Source: the human T2T-CHM13v2.0 reference genome, Homo sapiens. Taken from it: DNA of 64,000 nucleotides. Below the pieces are notes generated by a model that searched no databases, was not told the origin of the DNA, and worked only from the letters and a program-made list of their open reading frames with translations. Where the stretch lies: the NCBI RefSeq assembly GCF_009914755.1, contig NC_060937.1; one strand, given 5' to 3'. The translations under genes and the position numbers were made by a program. Shown one piece after another: positions 55,172 through 64,000 of this stretch; position 1 is the stretch's first letter, and the number at the start of each line of letters is the position of its first letter.

Positions 55172-55615
55172 GCCAAAGGAAATTAACATTTGAATCGGGG
55201 GCTGGGAAAGGCACACCCACTCTTAATCTGGGTGGGGACAATCTAATCAGCAGCCAGAGTGCGGCTAGAATATAAGGAGGCAGAAAAATGTGAAAAGAGA
55301 GACTGGCCTGGCCTCCCAGCTTACATCTTTCTCCCGTGATGGATGCTTCCTGCCCGGGAACATCGGACTCCAAGTTCTTCAGTTTTGGAACTCAGACTGG
55401 CTCTCCTTGCTCCCAGCCTGAAGACGGCCTATTGTCGGACCTTGTGATAGTGTGAGTTAATACTTAGTAAACTCCCACATATATGAATACACACCTATAC
55501 ATACATATATACATATACATATTCCATATATACACACACACATATACACACACACACACACATATATACATATACATATTCCATTAATTCTGTCCCTCTA
55601 GAGAACGCTAATATG
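55171..55615 (+). mobile_element. MLT2A1 LTR (5'-truncated), head-to-head with the previous LTR
   Basis: TGCCAAAGGAAATTAACATTTGA…TCTGTCCCTCTAGAGAAC. Confidence 0.88.
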
Positions 55616-55960
55616 ATAATTTATTGGAGACAAAATATATTTCAGTTACATTAGGCATATTATTTTCAAATTATTTTATCACTCTTAACTTTTAAAAGTA
55701 CATTAACCACAGTTATATAGGAAACCTCATTACAGATATTAAAAAATAACCAGGTGACTTATCAATGGAGAATGAAAATATATCACTATTTTATAAATGG
55801 GTTGGACATAAACAAATGTTTATCCTCAAATTGAATGGCAGGAAATTCATGCTAAGAAAAGCAAGACCATTTCAGAGGTAAGCTCCAAATGTGGACAGTT
55901 ATGCAAACAAGATAAGAATAAAGATACTCTGCTAATTGCACTCTGCTACAACAAACATAT

Positions 55961-56246
55961 AAAACTTTCATTACAACAAAGAAGTTTCCTGTTACAATAC
56001 CACTTTAAATATAAAGTAGTCTAATTAGATCAGATAATCAAATTTCTTAATTGGAAAGAGAAACAAAGTAATAACAATCTTAGGAAAATAAATGTTTATT
56101 TTGTACAGATTCAAAGAACATTTATCATTGTGAGCCAACCACTTCCCATTGTCCTTTCTTCTAGTCAGAAAAACCTAAGTCTCTTCTGGAAAACCATCTC
56201 ATGCCCTATTTTCAGTCTGCTGTTGGTGAAGATGAACTTAGTTGAA
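55961..56246 (+). repeat. Inverted repeat arm L (about 280 bp; partner 58389-58656)
   Basis: Reverse complement of 58389-58656. The ORF track shows near-identical peptides SQPLPIVLSS…FWKTISCPI on opposite strands. Confidence 0.93.
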
Positions 56247-56267
56247 CTGAATTACTTTGAACCAGCA

Positions 56268-56370
56268 GTTTTGTTTTGCTTATTTTATTTGTTTATTTGT
56301 TTTAAGTTGTGGGGTACATGTGCAGGATGTGCAGGTTTGTTATATAGGTAAATGGGTGACATGGTGGTTT
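56268..56370 (-). mobile_element. Short L1PA 3' end fragment
   Basis: T-rich tail followed by TTTTAAGTTGTGGGGTACATGTGCAGGATGTGCAGGTTTGTTA. Confidence 0.8.
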
Positions 56371-57144
56371 TAATCAGTGAGATTTCAGGTTTAAAATATT
56401 ACCTGGATTATGTTCCTGATACAAGTCTCTTCTAAATTGTGACTGAACTACACATTCAGGAAACAAACAAACAAACAAAAAACAGGTGAATTCACATAAC
56501 ACCACTGTAAATGAAGTCTAATAATCAACTTATTGCCAATATCTGGAATAATTTTTATTGCTTACAATAATCAGTCATGTGGATTGGTATATACTGTCTG
56601 CTCTGCCACAATAAGCAGGGTAGTTAGTAAATACTAATATTAATTCTTAGTCCACATTACATCAACAACTAAGAGCTTTAAAGTCAGTAGTGAAATAACA
56701 ACTGTTATGATGTTTCTTCTCTATTTGAATTATCTGATCTAATACATCTCGAATATTTCCCCAATTATCCATTATATTTTCTACATATTCCAAATTGCCA
56801 TGTGATAAAAGCACAAATTTCTGTTTCAAGCTATATAGTTGCTATGTAGATCATTTATAGAGACAGAAGGAGTTATATTTACAGGGTAAATTTTATGTTG
56901 AAGCTTTTCATTTACATAATACATTTAGGGTTTACATAACTCAGGTAGTCAGAAAATGAATGGACCCCATCTTGGGCCAATCTATACTATTACATTAGAC
57001 ACTGGGAACTGACGTAGGAACAAAAGGCATCAAAAAACTGGACTCCCAGTGTTATATCTTGTAAGAGAATGTGTCCAGCAGCCAATGAACAAAGGGTGGA
57101 GTAAAGGACACTGTACTATTTTTCACTTAATAAATAAATGTATA

Positions 57145-57444
57145 GGCTGGGCGCGGTGGCTCATGCCTGTAATCCCAGCACTTTGGGAGGCCGAGGCAGG
57201 TGGATCACGAGGTCAGGAGTTTGAGACTAGCCTGACGAACATGGTGAAAACCCATCTCTATTAAAAATACAAAAATTAGCCGGGCATGGTGGCGCGCACC
57301 TGTAATCCCAGCTACTCAGCAGGCTGAGGCAGGAGAATCACTTGAATCCAGGAGGGAGAGGTTGCAGTGAGCCGAGATTGCACCACTGCACTCCAGCCTG
57401 GGTGACAGAGCAAGACTCCATCTCAAAAAAAAAATAATAATAAT
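57145..57444 (+). mobile_element. AluS (Sg-like)
   Basis: Full dimer. TSD AATAAATAAATGTATA at 57129-57144 and 57445-57460. Confidence 0.95.
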
Positions 57445-58388
57445 AATAAATAAATGTATAAAATGATATTGGTAACTTTATTTTTACCACAAATACATGT
57501 ATTTTATTTCTTACACTTTCAAAAGCAGAATATAATGCAAAATAGAAAATAATAGCAAGACAAAATAATAATATAAAAGGTAGGAAATACCAGAACATAG
57601 AATAGAAAAAAAAATTAAAAATCACTCTAAAACCTGTAAAACTCCTATAAGTAGAATTATATTTCTGTCATATAATAATAACTAAAAAAAAAGGTTTGAG
57701 GATGGAACTACAACCATAAATACAGAACAGATACAATGAAATGACAATTCTATAAAATACCTATGCTAATTTTTTAAATAATATGATAAAACTCCAGATT
57801 TCTACTAAGCTAAAAAAGTAAAAAAGAATCCCAGATCATTTGGAAGAGTATGATTTGACCATCTTTTTCTAGATTTCCAGAAATAGCTACATGAAATAAG
57901 AAAAATTTAAAAAGCAAAACCTCATGATATCTTCGAAAAGTAATGTGCATTACCAATATATTATAAATCTGACAAACATTTTCCTGGAAGAAGTGAAGCA
58001 TCAAGATATTCATATCCAGTTTGAAAAGCATTTCATGTCCATATCGCAGCTGTTACTTTAAAATGTAGTGTCAATGGTCCAGACAGAAGAAAAGATATCC
58101 AAGAAAACTTGCAATTATGCCTTGAATGTGAGTGCAGAGTATCCATAATGCATTCCTCAGATTCCTCTGGAATTAGACAGGTTGGGTAAGGAAGTAAGAT
58201 CACCCACATAGTTGCTTGACTGAGAGATCAATTTCACCTTTATGGTAAATTTTATGAAGTACAGCATTATCAATACATAGAATAATTAAGTAGATTGCTC
58301 TTTTATCTGAGCCACTCGTTGAGGCCAAGGAATTGTGAGATGCTGCTTGGTCAGATTTGATTCAAGTGCTTACTCCTGGGATGACAGA

Positions 58389-58656
58389 TTCAACCTCAGT
58401 CTTCACTAACAGCAGACTGAGAATAGGGCACGAGATGGTTTTCCAGAAGAAACTTAGGTTTTTAGTATTAGAAGAAAGGACAATGGGAAGTGGTTGGCTC
58501 ACAATGATAAAGGTTCTTTTAATCTGGACAAAATAAACATTTATTTTCCTAAGATTGTTCATAACTTTGTTTCTCTTTCCAAATAAGTGAAGTGATTTCT
58601 GGTCTAAAAAGACTGTCATATATTTAAAGTGGTTTTGTAACAGGAATGAAAGTTTT
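58389..58656 (-). repeat. Inverted repeat arm R (partner 55961-56246)
   Basis: Reverse complement of 55961-56246. Confidence 0.93.
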
Positions 58657-60000
58657 AAGTGTGTTTTGGTTCCTGGTAAACATAGAACCTATGAAAGGCA
58701 ATAAAGCAGTAAACTTATTTCATTACAATTCCTGTAATTAATTATATGCTCTATTTTAAAACTCCTATTCTATTTATACTGTATAACTTACTGTCTTTAA
58801 TGGTTAATGATTGTAGTTCTCACTCATGTCTCATAATCCTCCAGATTTGTCCAAATAGCACTTCCGCTGTGCAGAGTTGGACACTTCAAGATATCTTACT
58901 AACATACAAATGCTTTGCAATAAATCATTCACTGCTATTTTTTTAAATAGTAGGAATATAGAATATAAATAAATAATTCCCGAGGTGAAAACAATGAGCT
59001 TCAATACATAACCAGATCTAGGAAAAAATAAAAATATTTCGTTTTAATATATTATACTTTAATATCTGCACTTACATTGAAATTAAAATTTACAATGAAT
59101 CTTTAAAACTAAAGCTATCATGCAGAAAAAAATCAACAAAATTCTGCTCAACAAGTGCTTTTAAGCTGAGAAAACATAAGAACAAATTGTTCCTCTTTGG
59201 GGTTTATAAGTAAATTTTCGTTTATATATACATAATAGTAGAAGAAAAAGGAAGAATAGACATACAATATAGAAGGATGGAAAAATTAAGAGAAGTGAAG
59301 GTAAGGGTTTGGTTGTGTTCTGTGTCAGAAGTATAGGACTTATGATCTATACTTATGAAATAATTATCTTTTACACATTATCTCTAAAAAGACCATGCAA
59401 GTTCATTTCATTCAACCTGAAGGTATCATTTTACAGCTGAATAAACTGAATTTGAGAAAACATGATTTACCTTTTCTAGTTTCCACATTTTCCTGCTCAT
59501 AAACTTTCAATCTATCACTGATTTTAGGCATTCCTGCCTTATACATTCTCATGTAGTTATCAGAGAAAAGAAAACCAGTTTGGCTTATGATTCATCACAC
59601 AACTCAGGTAATTAGAATATTCTTTCATATTTGTGTTGGTAGTTGTTTTGCTATTACCATAAAATCAGGAGAAATATATATTCAGCATTTTAACACTATT
59701 GAAATGTTAAAAATCATCACAATAGAAATGATAATTATGTATTCTTGCTAGGTGACACTAACAGAGTATCTGTTTAAAATTGCAAGGTACAGAGAACATA
59801 TAAGCATGAGTATCAAATTATTCAGCTCTTATAAATCTATTGCATTTTTCCAAGCATCAAATCAGTGTGTTTCTTCTTTCTCATTTGCCTAATTTATGGT
59901 AATCCGTACTGCTAGCAGGGTCTCTGAATACTTTGCATATTACATGTATTTGGATAATAGAAAAACACTTTTTTAATCATTAAGGAAATTATCTTTAAAA

Positions 60001-61703
<1,703 letters not shown>

Positions 61704-63739
61704 GACATTTTTTTTATAAATACAGTTTAAAGCATTTTAAGAAGAGAAAAAAGTGTCTTCGACATTCAAATGGAAAAAAAAATGGTAAAAATCCCGGCTC
61801 TGAGTTCTCATTATTCAAGTTAATTAATAGTTTATATGGAAAGAAGTGAATCATTTTCTCATTTCATATGTGCACTATTGGTTTGCATTTATTCAGAAGC
61901 TTTGTAAATATCCAAAAGCTATGGTTCTCTGGCAAGAAAGAGCCAAGGAATAGATACTTGGCATTCACTGGTTGTTATAGTATATTGGCTACTTTATCCT
62001 TCAGTGTTATTTAGGTTGTCTTCTTTATTACTAACACCTCAGCTTAGTTCCTTGCTTAATTTAATGCTAAATTCATAGTTTGGCATTTTCCACTGGTTAT
62101 ATTGATTGTGGCAAAGAAGAAAGAATATACTGGGGGATTTTTTTTCCCCCTAGAATTAAACAATCATACCACCAGAGGAATATCTACTTTTACAATATCA
62201 ATGAAAGATACACAGATAGGTAGAGGGATAGAGATAGGAAGATAGCTAACTAGCTAGATACATAGATACAAATTGATATAATATAGATATGGTAAAAGCC
62301 AGGAGATTTTCTAAAGGATAGTTAACTTAGAAAATAAGTGTGTAGTGACTAACTGAAGATAGTTTATCTAGATCTTCTGATGGACATAACCTTGCTCTTT
62401 AAAACCAAACTACCTCATTTCTATTATCTTTAATATCAATTTGATCTATATATATGGATAGATAGATAACATATATAATTCTTCCCTATGATCAAAAAAC
62501 AGTGTAAAATCACAAGATGATTTCCATTTCAAGATTAACTTCAAATTAACAAATAATTAATAGAGATCCACAGTTTCCTCCATACTGTTTCAGATATGAG
62601 GAAAAGTGAAGAAATATACTATCCAGTCACTAAAATTTGACAGTAATAATACATTTAACTATCACAATGTAGAGAAAAAGAAATACGTTCTGAGTGGTCA
62701 GGGACATCTCCTCCTTTCCTTATCCTTTTAATGGGTGGAGACTACAGGCCACATAGAGACTATGTTTACACAAGAAGTCCAGTTCATTTAGTTTCCATGA
62801 AACCTTTCAACAAATATGAGAGATAATTTGTTATGATGATCATGATCATGTTAAATGAGTGAACATAAGTTATGAAAAAAAGTTATTTTCAATGACAATT
62901 TGATTAAAAAGTCTAAAAGAGTACAAAGCTCTTCTTGTGGAGACTATTTTTTTTCATATTCAGTAAAGTTGCTTTAGTTTTGAGACACTAAAATAATTTG
63001 TGTTTAGCTTCAACAATTACTGAAAAACCTGGTTTTAAACTTTTTGAAATAAACTAATTTATAGGGACAGTTTTTTTGTGTTCTGGGTTTCTTTCTCAAT
63101 TACATTATTTAATCTTCAGAGTTTTCCTAATGTTGTACCCATTTGATATCTTACTGGTATGCTATCAAAGAGAATAGTAAGTGTCTAGGTGGGATATGAG
63201 ATGTGAGGGTGGAAGTTGAGGTAAGTGGAGAGATAAAATACATCAGAATCTGCAAATCAAGAAAACATGACTTTGAAGGCCTTATTAGGAGACTCCAAAA
63301 TCATTCACACCCTTCTCTCAAGATAATCAGCATTTCTTGTCTTCTGCACAAAGGAAATAGAGCCAGAAATGTTTACAATTAACATAGAAAGGACAGAAAA
63401 AGTTTAGGTAATCAAAAGGCACCTCCTTTTTTTTTTTTTTTCCTCCCTTCTGTGTCTGAACTCCATTGACCTAGAGAATGAAGGGGAAAGGAATGTTCCA
63501 GGTACAGATAATGTACCCTCCTCTAAAGGCTGCAGAAAAAAGAGAAGAAATAAAAGACCATACTCTGCACACATCTCAATTATCAATGCTGTGGAGAAGA
63601 GATTATATTTAAATTGTATATGAGATTAAAGTTTAGAACTAGAATCAACTGAAGTATTTAAAAAAATAAATAAATCATGTGGAAAATTATGATATCTGCC
63701 TGCATTATTGATAAGGTAACTGAACTTCATTTCCAGCCT

Positions 63740-64000
63740 CTTGCTGCTTGGAAAATCAATGCTCAAGAAACAAGTGTTGGCAAGAAGAAAAGTTACCTTT
63801 ATTAGGGAAGCCAGCAACCTGGGAAGATAGTGAACTCACATGCAAAGGCTACCTCTTCAAATGGTGGCTCCATACCAGAGTTTATCAGGGAAATCAGGGG
63901 AAGAGCAAGTGGTGATCAAAGTCTTCTTGTGGCAGGAGCTACATGTGCAATCTCAGGCAGGCAGTGAATCTTCTCTGTCTTGGTCAGAGTCTTGTGACCT
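63740..64000 (-). mobile_element. Probable ERV1-class LTR running off the window end
   Basis: …AAGTTACCTTTATTAGGGAAGCCAGCAACCTGGGAAGATAGTGAACT… resembles an antisense LTR R/U5 region with poly(A) signal. Confidence 0.45.

Noticed and set aside
56130-58619. Paralogous small proteins (SQPLPIVLSS…FWKTISCPI) on opposite strands
   Set aside because: The similarity is just the DNA inverted repeat; the starts and ends of the two ORFs differ.

Overview
This window is AT-rich, CpG-depleted primate genomic DNA. AluY and L1PA2 elements point to human or another great ape. It looks like a gene desert or deep intron: I find no credible protein-coding gene, RNA gene or CRISPR-like array, and every long ORF in the track is a transposon remnant or a chance ORF. 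The window is densely packed with repeats: 7 Alus, many L1s, L2/MIR, MaLR LTRs (THE1/MST/MLT1), two ERVL/MLT2 proviral remnants, a truncated HERV9/LTR12 provirus, Tigger3 and MADE1. I found no new gene system; the interesting signal is structural. (i) Six L1 insertions are 5'-inverted (twin-primed), and three of them appear to carry 3' transductions. (ii) One 14-bp target site is present three times because it was hit twice. (iii) Four short (about 95-310 bp) local duplications lie 1-2.5 kb apart, two direct and two inverted; the inverted pairs have patchy, conversion-like identity. (iv) Two MLT2A1 LTRs form a head-to-head palindrome. (v) The HERV9 has a tRNA-Pro-like primer-binding site, and it and its nested host elements are all cut at one deletion point. 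Subfamily names come from recalled consensus sequences and need confirmation with Dfam/RepeatMasker.
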